Positions 31,821 through 41,087 of a DNA stretch of 44,585 bases are shown one piece after another. Within the stretch, counting starts at the first letter, position 1; every line of letters starts with the position of its first letter. The notes beneath the pieces were generated by a model that did no database searches, had not been told where the DNA came from, and was given only the letters and a program-made list of their open reading frames with translations. The stretch lies in the NCBI GenBank assembly GCA_964425655.1, contig CAYRMU010000002.1, positions 1-44,585 on the forward strand, written 5' to 3'. The translations under genes were made by a program, and so were the position numbers. This DNA is from an uncultured Candidatus Saccharibacteria bacterium. Its GTDB lineage: Bacteria; Patescibacteriota; Minisyncoccia; Phycocordibacterales; UBA918.

Positions 31821-33344
31821 TTATCGTTCTGCCACAATGGTCCAGCCTTTGAGATGACCAAGCGAGGGGTGCGGCGAAGCCAATGATTTCTTCTGTCGTG
31901 TGAACCTGAACCAGGCGAACGCTGCAACTCCATAGAAGCCGAGCATGTAGGTGACAGAAAACGGAGGAATCGTCACCGACGCAAAGGGAACAGCAGCAAA
32001 CGTGGTGGCAATTACGAGAATATACGAGAGTGAAACGTACGCAGCGTACGCAACCGGTATAGCGAGTGTTTGCGAAACAAAGGCAAGTACGCCCGTGACA
32101 AATGTGAGTAGCATAGCGACCGCCACCATCGGGAGTACAAGCACATTAACGACCACCGCAGTCAAAGACACCTCGCCGATGTGATACATGATGAGTGGCG
32201 TGACAAATATTTGTGTCGTGACCGTCGCCACCAAAAACTCACGTGTCCCAACAAGGTTTGGCACCCACTGAAACCACTGCTCAACGTACGGCGCCAACAC
32301 AATGAGTGCAAACGTAGCAAGAAACGACAATTGGAAACCGACATCGTACAAGAGGAGTAGTGGATTGAGAAACAGCATCGCCACACCGGCCACAAAGAGC
32401 GCCCGCAGGATGTGGTGTGTCATACCGCCAAACTTCATGAGAAGGAGGAGGCTCGCCATGACACTAGCTCGAACCACGGTAGCAGAGAGACCAACGAGCA
32501 ATGCGAAACCCGCAATACCGAGCATGCCGGTAATGAGTCGTGCCCGATAGGGCAGGACGTACGCTAACACATACATGAAGAACGACACGACGAGCATAAT
32601 GTTGTAGCCCGAAAGCACCACGATGTGCATGATACCGGTCTCACGAAAGGCCTCCTCGTAGGTTTCACCAAGCGCCCGCTTAACCCCGAGCAAGAGTCCT
32701 TCCGCTAGTCCAACGTGTGGTGCCGGAATAAGACCTTCAATGTTGTTCATAAAGGCAAACTTTATTTCAAGCAGACCGGTGACAACTGGATTACCGCCGT
32801 CACTCGCAACTACCGACACCTCCGCAAAACTCATGGTGTACCCGACGCCACGAGCGGCCAGATAGCCTTTGTAGTTAAACATTCGGCCTACGTCAGTAGC
32901 AAAGGCTTCGGGCTCTTTCAATGTACCCGTAACGGTGACCGTGTCACCATACGAAACAGCTGCCAACCGGTCGGTTGTCACGAGTACTGTAGTGTCTTCG
33001 GTTGCAACATAGAGATGGAGTGCGGTCTCACGCATTTCCGGCTCGCGAGTAATCACGCCCTCTAGCGTTACTTCCCTCCCGAGCTGTTCCTCAAAGGGTG
33101 GAACAATGAGCGACGGCATCATCTGTACGCGCACAAGCATGCACGAGAGGACCAAAAGAAATATCGGAACACACCAAAGCCAAGCGGGTGCTGTCGCTGA
33201 ATTTCGGCGTACAACAATAAACAATGCTGCACCCACTAATGCGAACAGACCAAGGAACGAAAGCGACACCAGATACCCTACTGGGCCGAGAATTGCTCCA
33301 GTCACAACAGCACCGACAATGGTATAAAAATAACCGTCAGTCAT
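31821..33344 (-). CDS. comEC: ComEC/Rec2 DNA internalisation channel, membrane part only (no MBL domain)
   Basis: 507-aa polytopic ORF. It has an N-terminal TM pair, an OB-like soluble insert (DUF4131-like) and a competence-domain TM bundle (GIMHIVVLSGYNI, LSFLATFALI). It ends without the lactamase domain. Confidence 0.8.
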   Translation of the reverse strand: MTDGYFYTIVGAVVTGAILGPVGYLVSLSFLGLFALVGAALFIVVRRNSATAPAWLWCVPIFLLVLSCMLVRVQMMPSLIVPPFEEQLGREVTLEGVITREPEMRETALHLYVATEDTTVLVTTDRLAAVSYGDTVTVTGTLKEPEAFATDVGRMFNYKGYLAARGVGYTMSFAEVSVVASDGGNPVVTGLLEIKFAFMNNIEGLIPAPHVGLAEGLLLGVKRALGETYEEAFRETGIMHIVVLSGYNIMLVVSFFMYVLAYVLPYRARLITGMLGIAGFALLVGLSATVVRASVMASLLLLMKFGGMTHHILRALFVAGVAMLFLNPLLLLYDVGFQLSFLATFALIVLAPYVEQWFQWVPNLVGTREFLVATVTTQIFVTPLIMYHIGEVSLTAVVVNVLVLPMVAVAMLLTFVTGVLAFVSQTLAIPVAYAAYVSLSYILVIATTFAAVPFASVTIPPFSVTYMLGFYGVAAFAWFRFTRQKKSLASPHPSLGHLKGWTIVAER

Positions 33345-33368
33345 AGTGTAAGTCTAGCAAAGCCATAG

Positions 33369-33398
33369 AAAAAAGCCGTCCCAAAATGGAACGGCTTT
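33369..33398 (-). terminator. Terminator after 33404-33751
   Basis: AAAGCCGT...ACGGCTTT stem with a minus-strand T6 tail. Confidence 0.65.
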
Positions 33399-33403
33399 AC
33401 TGC

Positions 33404-33751
33404 TTATGCAGCGTCTTGCACTGCCGATGCGTCGGAGTCTTTGAGTTTCGGTTTGATCCGACACTTGACCAGCTTGGCAAACTTGATCATCAAGTCAAGC
33501 TCATCGCGCTCTGCCGCAACCAACGACTCAGTCCTGGCTGCCTTCAGCACCGGAAGAACCAAATCATTGATCTTTGCATGGAGCGCTTCCTCATGACCCC
33601 GCCAAACGCGGGGGAGGCGAGCGGCCCTCGGTTTCTTCGGCACCGCTTCATGGGGATGGAGCGGCCGCGCACGTTGTTCCGTGAGCCGCGCATACCCGAG
33701 CTGTCTGACCAGGTCTTTTGCCTGTTCAATCGTCATGTCGCTTTGTTTCAA
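33404..33751 (-). CDS. Hypothetical basic protein (115 aa)
   Basis: The TTG start at 33751 has an AAGGAGGG SD 5 nt upstream. An alternative ATG lies at 33736. A terminator lies at 33369-33398. The antisense 143-aa ORF is rejected. Confidence 0.55.
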   Translation of the reverse strand: MKQSDMTIEQAKDLVRQLGYARLTEQRARPLHPHEAVPKKPRAARLPRVWRGHEEALHAKINDLVLPVLKAARTESLVAAERDELDLMIKFAKLVKCRIKPKLKDSDASAVQDAA

Positions 33752-33827
33752 AGGAACCCTCCTTGTCTTCTCACACCCTCAATGGATGTCAGCGGTAGCG
33801 AAGACTGTACCAGATAGAAGAAATCGG

Positions 33828-34244
33828 TCAAGCGGCGTTATCCATCGCCTCGTTTGCGAGCTTATCAGCTGCTTTATTTTCACTCCGGGGAATATGGACA
33901 AACGTTACTGACGCGTAATCGTTGGTGAGTGTTTTAGCCTTATCAAAATAGGTTTTGAGCGTAGCATCTTTCACTTTGTACACACCATTCATCTGACGCT
34001 GTACGAGCTCACTATCAAGCTTTACGGTGAGGTGTACCGCCTTCGTGTCTGGGACCAGTGTCGCAATATGTTCAAGCGCACGAACAATGCCCGTGTACTC
34101 GGCAACATTGTTGGTAGCTGTACCGATGTACTCAGCAAGCTCAGTCATGAGTGCACCTTTGTCGTCGTACACTGCTACACCAATCCCCGCCGGTCCTGGA
34201 TTACCTCGTGCCCCTCCATCGGTATGTACCGTAATATTTTGCAT
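33828..34244 (-). CDS. rnhA: Ribonuclease HI
   Basis: 138-aa ORF. HTDGGARGNPGPAGIG, NNVAEY, KLDSELV and ENKAADKLAN supply the DEDD catalytic residues of type 1 RNase H. Confidence 0.85.
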   Translation of the reverse strand: MQNITVHTDGGARGNPGPAGIGVAVYDDKGALMTELAEYIGTATNNVAEYTGIVRALEHIATLVPDTKAVHLTVKLDSELVQRQMNGVYKVKDATLKTYFDKAKTLTNDYASVTFVHIPRSENKAADKLANEAMDNAA

Positions 34245-34251
34245 GCAGAAA

Positions 34252-34260
34252 ATAGTACCA
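34252..34260 (-). promoter_or_regulatory. Extended -10 promoter (TGgTACTAT) 7 nt upstream of the rnhA ATG
   Basis: The minus strand reads gcttttttatatGGTACTATtttctgcATG, immediately after a hairpin with a T6 tail. Confidence 0.45.
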
Positions 34261-34280
34261 TATAAAAAAGCGAACCAGTC

Positions 34281-34481
34281 TTAAACTGATTCGCGATACT
34301 CACGGCCGTGGTTGGTACACACTTCTTTGGTGCCGGGCATGTAGTGACGCAGGAGTGATTGATGCGGCTCCAAACCCGCCAATTCAACTTGATCGTTCTG
34401 GCAAACCGGGCAGACAATGTACACCTTTGTGGTGGCCGGAATATCATGAGACGGGCGAGGTTTTCGCGAGTCATACTGCAT
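34281..34481 (-). CDS. Small hypothetical protein, possible zinc-ribbon (66 aa)
   Basis: The ATG has an AAGGAG SD 7 nt upstream. CPVC ... C..H spacing suggests a metal-binding knuckle. The overlapping GTG-started 104-aa ORF is rejected. Confidence 0.55.
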   Translation of the reverse strand: MQYDSRKPRPSHDIPATTKVYIVCPVCQNDQVELAGLEPHQSLLRHYMPGTKEVCTNHGREYRESV

Positions 34482-34531
34482 GCGTGCACTCCTTTCTAAG
34501 GGACTGATTTAGTAGTAATTTGCCTGAAACA

Positions 34532-36223
34532 CTAGACTATGTCAACCAATCGCAACCGTGTCTGTTTACGTCCCATGAAGTCGGACGACTCGAGGTGCGC
34601 CAACAGCTGCACTGACTGCCCCGCCTCAGGAGCGACACTGAATTGCTCAGGCTGCTTAAAGAACGCAATCGCTTCGCGCGCTATCCCACGCGTCCTAAAG
34701 GTGAGCTTCGTATGCTCTTTCCCTTTCCCAAACAGCTCAACCGTATCAGGTGTCGCCGCAATTAAATAGAGCGGCTTTGGATTGCCGGTGCCAAATGGTG
34801 CGAGCTGCTGCTGGATAGAAAACACCTCGTTGGTGAGCGCATCTATACTACACGCAAAATCAACGACGCGGTCTTCTACAATCGCAGCACTTTCCCCAAG
34901 CGCCAAAAGTGCTTCATGTAACGCCTGCGGGAGCGTATGAATCGCCTCGTCGCGGACCCCGAACCCACCAGAAAAGTGGTGGCCGCCGTACTCATGGAAA
35001 TGTTCCGCTACCGCTTCCATGAGAGTATGCACGCTCACGGTTCCCCCGGAACGGCATGAGCCTTTTAGTTTTCCATTACCGTCGCGCCCCCAAATAAAGG
35101 CTGGTCGTCCATGCTCTTCAGCGAGTTTGTTCGCCACCAAACCAACGAGCGATGGTCGCCACTCGGGTGACCCCAGTACAATAACTGACGGTACCTCAAT
35201 GAGCGCCTTCAGGTGTGCATGCGCTTCTCGCGTCATAGCAGCCACAATTCCCTTTCGCTCGTTGTTGAGTTTCTCCAAGTGCGCCACACGAAGACCAGCT
35301 ACAACTTCGTCACGGCTCGCGAGCATGGTGAACGCATCTTCGGGTGTATCCATCCGCGAAGCGGCATTGATGCGTGGACCAATGGTAAAACCAATGTCAT
35401 CCTCTGAGAGCGTCCGCAAGTTAACCCGCTGTGTGCGCAAGAGTTGCTGTAGCCCTGGTCGCTTTGTTTTACGGAGCACCATGAGCCCGTAGTGGGCGAA
35501 CACGCGGTTCTCAGAGACGAGCGGTACCATATCGGCAATTGTCGCTAAGCCGACCATATCAAGCCACCACTTCTCTTGTCCGGGCAGCACCTTAAACGAA
35601 CCAGCAGCAAGAACCGCTTGCGCAAGCTTGTAGGCTACCGCTGCACCGCAGAGACCCCTGAAGGGATAGTCACCGAGTTGTGGATTTACAATCGCCAGTG
35701 CATCTGGTAGTACTGCACCTGGTTGATGATGGTCAGTGATAATCACATCAACGCCCCGCGTACGTGCATGCGCTACCGCCGCCACGTCGGTGGTGCCGCA
35801 GTCGACGGTAATAATGAGGGTTACCCCTTGATCGGCGAGCACGTCGACTGCACTACTATGCAACCCGAAACCATCATAGTGTCGGTGAGGAATATGATTT
35901 TGAAACTGCGCATGGCCAATTGCCTGGAAGAGATCGTGGAGCACTACGCCACCAGGAATACCGTCGCAATCGTAGTCACTATAAATTGCGATACGCTCTC
36001 CTGCGGTTACCGCTGCCAAAATACGTGCGACTGCCACAGGCATGTCGTGGAGAAGTTCAGGCGCAAAGAGCTGTGCCTCGTAGGATGGCGCCAAAAAAGA
36101 GGTGGCTGCCTCACGGTCTTCTATGCCGCGCGTGTACAAAAGCTGCTGCGCTAGGGGAGGCAGGTGTGCCAACGCTCGTGCTACGGTATCTGGAACTGGC
36201 GGTGCAATCCGTAATGTCGCCAT
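34532..36223 (-). CDS. recJ: Single-stranded-DNA-specific exonuclease RecJ
   Basis: I set the start at the ATG at 36223 (MATLRIAPP...); the track uses a TTG at 36247. DHH motifs: DYDCDGIPG, TVDCG, ITDHHQP. The DHHA1 motif is GGHHFSGGFG. Confidence 0.88.
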   Translation of the reverse strand: MATLRIAPPVPDTVARALAHLPPLAQQLLYTRGIEDREAATSFLAPSYEAQLFAPELLHDMPVAVARILAAVTAGERIAIYSDYDCDGIPGGVVLHDLFQAIGHAQFQNHIPHRHYDGFGLHSSAVDVLADQGVTLIITVDCGTTDVAAVAHARTRGVDVIITDHHQPGAVLPDALAIVNPQLGDYPFRGLCGAAVAYKLAQAVLAAGSFKVLPGQEKWWLDMVGLATIADMVPLVSENRVFAHYGLMVLRKTKRPGLQQLLRTQRVNLRTLSEDDIGFTIGPRINAASRMDTPEDAFTMLASRDEVVAGLRVAHLEKLNNERKGIVAAMTREAHAHLKALIEVPSVIVLGSPEWRPSLVGLVANKLAEEHGRPAFIWGRDGNGKLKGSCRSGGTVSVHTLMEAVAEHFHEYGGHHFSGGFGVRDEAIHTLPQALHEALLALGESAAIVEDRVVDFACSIDALTNEVFSIQQQLAPFGTGNPKPLYLIAATPDTVELFGKGKEHTKLTFRTRGIAREAIAFFKQPEQFSVAPEAGQSVQLLAHLESSDFMGRKQTRLRLVDIV

Positions 36224-36277
36224 AGTACGCACTATGATATCATACAAACACTATTCCTATGTTCAGCCAGAAAACCT

Positions 36278-36685
36278 ATGTCTGTATCCATTTTTACGAG
36301 AATTATTAATCGAGAAATCCCTGCCCACTTCGTCTACGAGGATGAACACTGCGTGGCCATTCTCGATAAATTCCCTGCCGTGAAAGGTCAGACACTCGTG
36401 ATCCCAAAGAAGGAGGTCGATTACGCTTTTGATCTTGATGACGACACGTACCTTCACCTCTTTAAAACAGCCAAGCTTGTTGCGAAAGCTTCAGACAAAG
36501 CGTTTAACGCCGCACGTACCTGCCTCGTGGTTGAAGGGTTTGAAGTACCGCACGTTCATATCAAAATCTACCCTATGGTTGATACTGCAGCTGCGCTCGG
36601 AGAAATTCTACCCAACGGAAGCGAGGCGAGCGATGAGGAACTCGCAATTGTGGCAACACAACTCATGGCAGCTCTCGAGACATAA
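36278..36685 (+). CDS. HIT family nucleotide hydrolase/transferase (variant HxHxK triad)
   Basis: 135-aa ORF. IFTRIINREIPAHFVYEDEHCVAILD and VPHVHIKIYP give the histidine-triad region, with Lys at the third His position. Confidence 0.8.
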   Translation: MSVSIFTRIINREIPAHFVYEDEHCVAILDKFPAVKGQTLVIPKKEVDYAFDLDDDTYLHLFKTAKLVAKASDKAFNAARTCLVVEGFEVPHVHIKIYPMVDTAAALGEILPNGSEASDEELAIVATQLMAALET

Positions 36686-36705
36686 GCAGTCTAACGTACA
36701 GAAGT

Positions 36706-36736
36706 AAAAAACGCGTACCCAAAGGTACGCGTTTTT
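36706..36736. terminator. Bidirectional terminator shared by HIT (+) and pgk (-)
   Basis: AAAAAACGCGTACC-caaa-GGTACGCGTTTTT. Confidence 0.85.
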
Positions 36737-36751
36737 CTGTTGTACATACGC

Positions 36752-37894
36752 CTAGTCAGTTTTTCCGTTACGCATAGCCTCAATGCCAGCGAGGGTGCCT
36801 GTCTCGAGAAACGTCAGCATAGCGCCTCCGGCAGTTGAAAGAAAGGCAAACTTCTCTTGTTTGGCCATACCTTCAATCGAAGCGACGGTGTCCCCTCCCC
36901 CAATCACCGCGTAGCCAGTTGCATCAGCAATACGTTTAGCAGTACCAATGGTGAACTCTTCAAACCCTGCTTCGTAGTTTCCAAATGGACCATTCCACAA
37001 AATACTGGCAGCGTTCTTAATGAGCGGCTCAAGCATAGCCAAGGTGGCTGGGCCCATATCGAGGATTCGCTCATGCGGCTGCACTGCGTCAGGCAAGACC
37101 ACGTAGCTACTGGTACCGTCAGACACCGTCACATCGACCGGCAAGAGTAACTTTGGGTGTGTTACTAGCGGGCTTCCGGTCAGGTCAACGTCTGATACCA
37201 GCGACTCACCTACGTTGTAGCCTTTCGCTTTAAAGAGATCGTTGGCCAGTGCTCCACCAATGAAGACATGGTCGTAGACATCGAGGAACTGTTGTACGAG
37301 CGGCATCTTCGTATCAAACTTAGCGCCGCCGAGCATAAAGAGCGCTGGGTGCTTCGGTGTACGCATTTTCATGAGCTCATCGTACTCATGCATAAAGTTC
37401 ATGCCAGCACATGACGGAAGGAACTGTGTAATCGCACAAATAGAAGCATGCTCACGGTGTGAGTCTGCAAAAGCGTCATTGACGTAGATCTCTGCCATAT
37501 CAGCTAGGCTTCGCGCAAAGTCAGCGTCATTCTTTTTCTCACGCGGGTCACGACGCACATTCTCCAAGACCAGCACCTCACCGTCTTTGAGCTCATCACG
37601 TAGCTGGAGCGAGACGGAGCCGGTCACTTCCGGTGAAAACCTAACTGAGGGCAGGTGCGCCCGCAAGAGTTCAGCCACCGGCGCTGCCGACTCTTCACCA
37701 TCGCCCAAGTGACCCACGGCGATTACTCGCGCCCCCTTCTTGACGAGGTAGTTCATTGTCGCCAGAGCACGCGTGATGCGGAATTGATTCTGTACGACAC
37801 CATCCTTAATCGGCACGTTCATCGGTGTACGTAGGAGTACATACTTTCCCTGCAGATCGTCCTGTTCACAGATTCGTTTAAGCGTTTGTGGCAT
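36752..37894 (-). CDS. pgk: Phosphoglycerate kinase
   Basis: I set the start at the ATG at 37894; the track uses a TTG at 37921. LQGKYVLLRTPMNVP, GGAKFDTK and GGGDT are PGK motifs. It overlaps the tpiA end by 17 nt. Confidence 0.9.
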   Translation of the reverse strand: MPQTLKRICEQDDLQGKYVLLRTPMNVPIKDGVVQNQFRITRALATMNYLVKKGARVIAVGHLGDGEESAAPVAELLRAHLPSVRFSPEVTGSVSLQLRDELKDGEVLVLENVRRDPREKKNDADFARSLADMAEIYVNDAFADSHREHASICAITQFLPSCAGMNFMHEYDELMKMRTPKHPALFMLGGAKFDTKMPLVQQFLDVYDHVFIGGALANDLFKAKGYNVGESLVSDVDLTGSPLVTHPKLLLPVDVTVSDGTSSYVVLPDAVQPHERILDMGPATLAMLEPLIKNAASILWNGPFGNYEAGFEEFTIGTAKRIADATGYAVIGGGDTVASIEGMAKQEKFAFLSTAGGAMLTFLETGTLAGIEAMRNGKTD

Positions 37895-38657
37895 ATGCTT
37901 CAGCACTATTGATAATTGCAATAAATTCTTTTGGCTTCAGACTCGCTCCACCTACCAAGAAACCGTCAACCCGGCCAATCTTCATCAGTATTTCAGCATT
38001 GTCTTTCTTTACTGAACCACCATAAATGATTCGCACAGTCTTGAGCGATGGTCGGCCGTACTGTCCGACAATAACCTTCTGAATGAAGAGCTTCATCTCG
38101 TACACATCTTCCGGAGTAGCAGTCTTTCCAGTACCAATTGCCCAAACTGGTTCGTACGCAATAACGAGCTGCTTCAGCTTACTCTTTGGCACAGCAGCGA
38201 GCGCAGAACGAAGCTGCGCTTCGACAACACTGTAAAAATTACCCTGACTATCACGCTCCTTCTCACCAACACACACAACCGCTGTTACATTGGCTTTAAT
38301 AATTGAGAGAATATCTTTGTAGATATCAGCATCTGTCTCACCTCGCGCGCGTCGTTCTGAGTGACCCACGATAATTGCGGTCGCTCCCACACTTTTGAGC
38401 ATTGGCAGTGAAACCTCACCCGTAAAGGCACCGGTGGTTTCAAAGAAGATATCTTGTCCAGCGAGCGCAATACGCTGCGACGGGTTGAGACGTTCAATTT
38501 CTGAGATAAAGGGGGCCGGTGCTGCTACGGCAACAACCGTCGTTCGCATCTTCCGACCAAGCTCCTTGCGAACTTCGAGAAATAATTTGCGTGCTTCTCC
38601 GACCGTCGCTGGATTCATTTTCCAGTTTCCAATCACCAGTGGTGTATGTGCTTTCAT
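37878..38657 (-). CDS. tpiA: Triosephosphate isomerase
   Basis: 259-aa ORF. VIGNWKMN, IIVGHSERR, AYEPVWAIGTG and YGGSV are TIM hallmarks. Confidence 0.93.
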   Translation of the reverse strand: MKAHTPLVIGNWKMNPATVGEARKLFLEVRKELGRKMRTTVVAVAAPAPFISEIERLNPSQRIALAGQDIFFETTGAFTGEVSLPMLKSVGATAIIVGHSERRARGETDADIYKDILSIIKANVTAVVCVGEKERDSQGNFYSVVEAQLRSALAAVPKSKLKQLVIAYEPVWAIGTGKTATPEDVYEMKLFIQKVIVGQYGRPSLKTVRIIYGGSVKKDNAEILMKIGRVDGFLVGGASLKPKEFIAIINSAEAYATNA

Positions 38658-38666
38658 AATAGTTCG

Positions 38667-38675
38667 ATTGTACCA
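38667..38675 (-). promoter_or_regulatory. Extended -10 promoter (TGgTACAAT) 9 nt upstream of the tpiA ATG
   Basis: The minus strand reads gttttttgctcaTGgTACAATcgaactattATG, abutting the pilus-operon terminator. Confidence 0.45.
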
Positions 38676-38680
38676 TGAGC

Positions 38681-38714
38681 AAAAAACACACAGCAGGAGT
38701 TTACCTGCTGTGTG
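38681..38714 (-). terminator. Strong terminator ending the pilus gene cluster
   Basis: CACACAGCAGG-agttta-CCTGCTGTGTG is an 11-bp stem with a minus-strand T6 tail. Confidence 0.85.
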
Positions 38715-38729
38715 CTCGCTGTATGGTGG

Positions 38730-40097
38730 TTAAAATGACTCTTGCCAGCCGTTGAGCGTAAAGCCGCCGCCTGGACCACTCGTAAAGAGAAGGTTGACGA
38801 GTCCACTTTCGTAGGTCACCACGGTACTATTGCCGAGTGTAATCAAGTACCCAGTAACCTCTTTGAGCGACACACTATTAGCCATATTTACCCGACCATG
38901 CGCCGCATACACGAGGAGATCACCCACCGACGACTGCCCAACATCAATCGCAATTGGCGTATTATTGCCATTTTCCGAAGCATTATTTTGTGAAATCAAA
39001 AGTACGTACGACTTTGGATCACCTGAACCGGCAAACGACGTACTATTCTCAATGGTAATTTGACTACTGGTAAGGCGATTCGACTCATTGTCAGCGATAA
39101 TCGGCACCGTTCGCTCACCCACTGCTGGCGCCACCGCAATATTAGGGCCAGTTTTAAAGGTGATATTTCCCGTTGCCCAAATAGTACCAGTGAGTGTAAT
39201 GTCGGTGTTGTTACCCCGAAACTCAAGGTTGCACTCAACCTTCACAAACCCAAGCGTGGTGTCACTACTAATAACGTAGGTACCACTACTACATTCGGGG
39301 TCAGTACTCGCAATCACCGTACCTGAATCAACCACATCCTGCTTCAGCACATCGATTTCTTCATCAGTTATCGGCATCGTGGTTGGGTCTTCTTCTGGTT
39401 GATGGGCGAAAATTGAACCATTTACCACAGCGCCACCGATGCGCTCATAAATGTACGCATCACCTGTCACAATGCCGCCGTTCAGCGTATACGCATAGGC
39501 ATCACCACCAATCTCTGAATCACGTATCGTACGCGCTCTTCCGGTACCACTCGCTTCCACACCACGAATGAGTCCTGATGCCCCCGCCGAGATAACATCG
39601 CCATCGATAAAAGATGTACCTCCTCCAACAATTGTGCCATTTGAAAACACGTTACCCAGAACCTGCGAGGAATTTGTCATAGAAAAGCCACCGTTACCGC
39701 TCTGTACACCGAAATTGAATGAGGCGCCACTCCCTAGGTAGAGCTCTAGCTCACTCTGCTTAAATGCACGACCAGCTTCTCCGTCAGCCACAATTTGGTA
39801 CATATCGGTACCACCATTGAACGTATAGGTAGTCGTTGCCACGGCGCCACCAACCTCCACTACTTCGCTTGGCTCCACTGTCAGTCCGGCAATGAATCGA
39901 TACGCCATATCTTCAACTCCACTTTCAGCCGCATAGAAACTCTGACTTCCAGTCGAAAACAAACGGTAGCTGAGGAGATCGCTGTAAAACGACCGAGCCA
40001 GTACTGCCGTCAGGGCAGCGCTCGCAATCACAAAAAACAGCATGAAGAGCAAGAGGGCGGCACCACGAGCATGAGTGTTTGTTTGCATACTATTCAT
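38730..40097 (-). CDS. Large pilus-associated protein with a PilX_N-like N-terminus and beta-helix-like repeats
   Basis: 455-aa ORF. Its ATG overlaps the stop of the upstream pilin gene (ATGAATAG). The N-terminus ARGAALLLFMLFFVIASAALTAV...AAESGVE resembles the PilX N-terminal domain, but there is no G|F-x-x-x-E prepilin site. It is rich in Gly/Asn/Ser repeats. A strong terminator follows. Confidence 0.65.
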   Translation of the reverse strand: MNSMQTNTHARGAALLLFMLFFVIASAALTAVLARSFYSDLLSYRLFSTGSQSFYAAESGVEDMAYRFIAGLTVEPSEVVEVGGAVATTTYTFNGGTDMYQIVADGEAGRAFKQSELELYLGSGASFNFGVQSGNGGFSMTNSSQVLGNVFSNGTIVGGGTSFIDGDVISAGASGLIRGVEASGTGRARTIRDSEIGGDAYAYTLNGGIVTGDAYIYERIGGAVVNGSIFAHQPEEDPTTMPITDEEIDVLKQDVVDSGTVIASTDPECSSGTYVISSDTTLGFVKVECNLEFRGNNTDITLTGTIWATGNITFKTGPNIAVAPAVGERTVPIIADNESNRLTSSQITIENSTSFAGSGDPKSYVLLISQNNASENGNNTPIAIDVGQSSVGDLLVYAAHGRVNMANSVSLKEVTGYLITLGNSTVVTYESGLVNLLFTSGPGGGFTLNGWQESF

Positions 40098-40593
40098 ATG
40101 AACCTCGTAAGACGCTACTACTGTAGTACGTTTCTGTTACCGTCGTATCGCCGACTGTCGCCGTAGCAGCAATCTCAACGCGAAGCAGTATAGTTGATAC
40201 CATATCGTACTGGTACACAGTAAAGCTCGTTACCGTAATACCATCGCCGGTTATCGGCACTGCAGTACCGCCATTTTCTGCCACGGTAATCGCACCACCG
40301 CTCAAGGTATAGACTCGTTCGACTGCTTCGTACTGCAACGAGACGGTACTCGGTGACACATCGAACGTACTACCGGCCTGATCGAGCGCAGTCGCGTTGC
40401 GAACATCTGCCAACATCCGCTCGTACGCACCACGCACTTGCTCGGTTAATATTTTCTCGGCCCGGTATGCCTTTAGCGAGTCAGAAAAATTCAAAAGTGA
40501 CGCCACCGCCGTTGAAGCGAGTAGTACAAACAGGGCAATATACACCAGTATTTCAACGAGTGTGAAGCCGCGGTGTGTGAGAGGTAGAGCCAT
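40090..40593 (-). CDS. Type IV pilin-like (prepilin-type N-terminal cleavage/methylation) protein
   Basis: I set the start at the ATG at 40593 (MALPLTHRG|FTLVEILVYIALFVLL), which gives the classic G/FTLxE prepilin site. The track start is a TTG 5 codons upstream. Confidence 0.8.
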   Translation of the reverse strand: MALPLTHRGFTLVEILVYIALFVLLASTAVASLLNFSDSLKAYRAEKILTEQVRGAYERMLADVRNATALDQAGSTFDVSPSTVSLQYEAVERVYTLSGGAITVAENGGTAVPITGDGITVTSFTVYQYDMVSTILLRVEIAATATVGDTTVTETYYSSSVLRGSYE

Positions 40594-40597
40594 AAAG

Positions 40598-41083
40598 TTA
40601 GAGGTCAAAAATATTGGTGAGGAGGGCCGTCAGTGACACACTCTCGCCACTTCCCCACGTTACAGTAACGGTCACCAATCGACTCCCTGCATCAATCGTG
40701 GCACCCGGAGCGGTACTTGCCACTAAGTCGTCATCGGCATTACGGTAGGCATTGGCAAGTGTGACGGTTCTGGTGAACGTACTATCAATAACTTCCGGCG
40801 TGGTACCAAGTGCAAGTGTCGTCGGATCAATATCAAGATAGTAACTAGTCCCAATGGTCAATGCTTCAAGAGTGTTCCAGTTGAGATCTCGGATTCCTCG
40901 AACCATTTCTTGTCCTTCTACCGCCAGAAGGTTTGCTTTTGTATGTTCACGAACCACGGTGGCGTTCGCAAAGAAAAGTCCAAGTGCATTTGCAGTAAAT
41001 ACAACCACTACAGCAAAGAGTGAGACACCAATCAGCACTTCAATGAGTGAAATTCCTCGGTTGTACCGATGTGCAATTCGCAT
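40598..41083 (-). CDS. Type IV pilin-like (prepilin-type N-terminal) protein
   Basis: 161-aa ORF. MRIAHRYNRG|ISLIEVLIGVSLFAVVV has Gly at -1, Glu at +5 and a hydrophobic helix. Confidence 0.8.
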   Translation of the reverse strand: MRIAHRYNRGISLIEVLIGVSLFAVVVVFTANALGLFFANATVVREHTKANLLAVEGQEMVRGIRDLNWNTLEALTIGTSYYLDIDPTTLALGTTPEVIDSTFTRTVTLANAYRNADDDLVASTAPGATIDAGSRLVTVTVTWGSGESVSLTALLTNIFDL

Positions 41084-41087
41084 ACAT

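Noticed and set aside
33386-33817. 143-aa plus-strand ORF antisense to 33404-33751
   Set aside because: The minus-strand frame has a strong AAGGAGGG SD and a downstream terminator, and it matches the orientation of its neighbours. The plus ORF has none of these.
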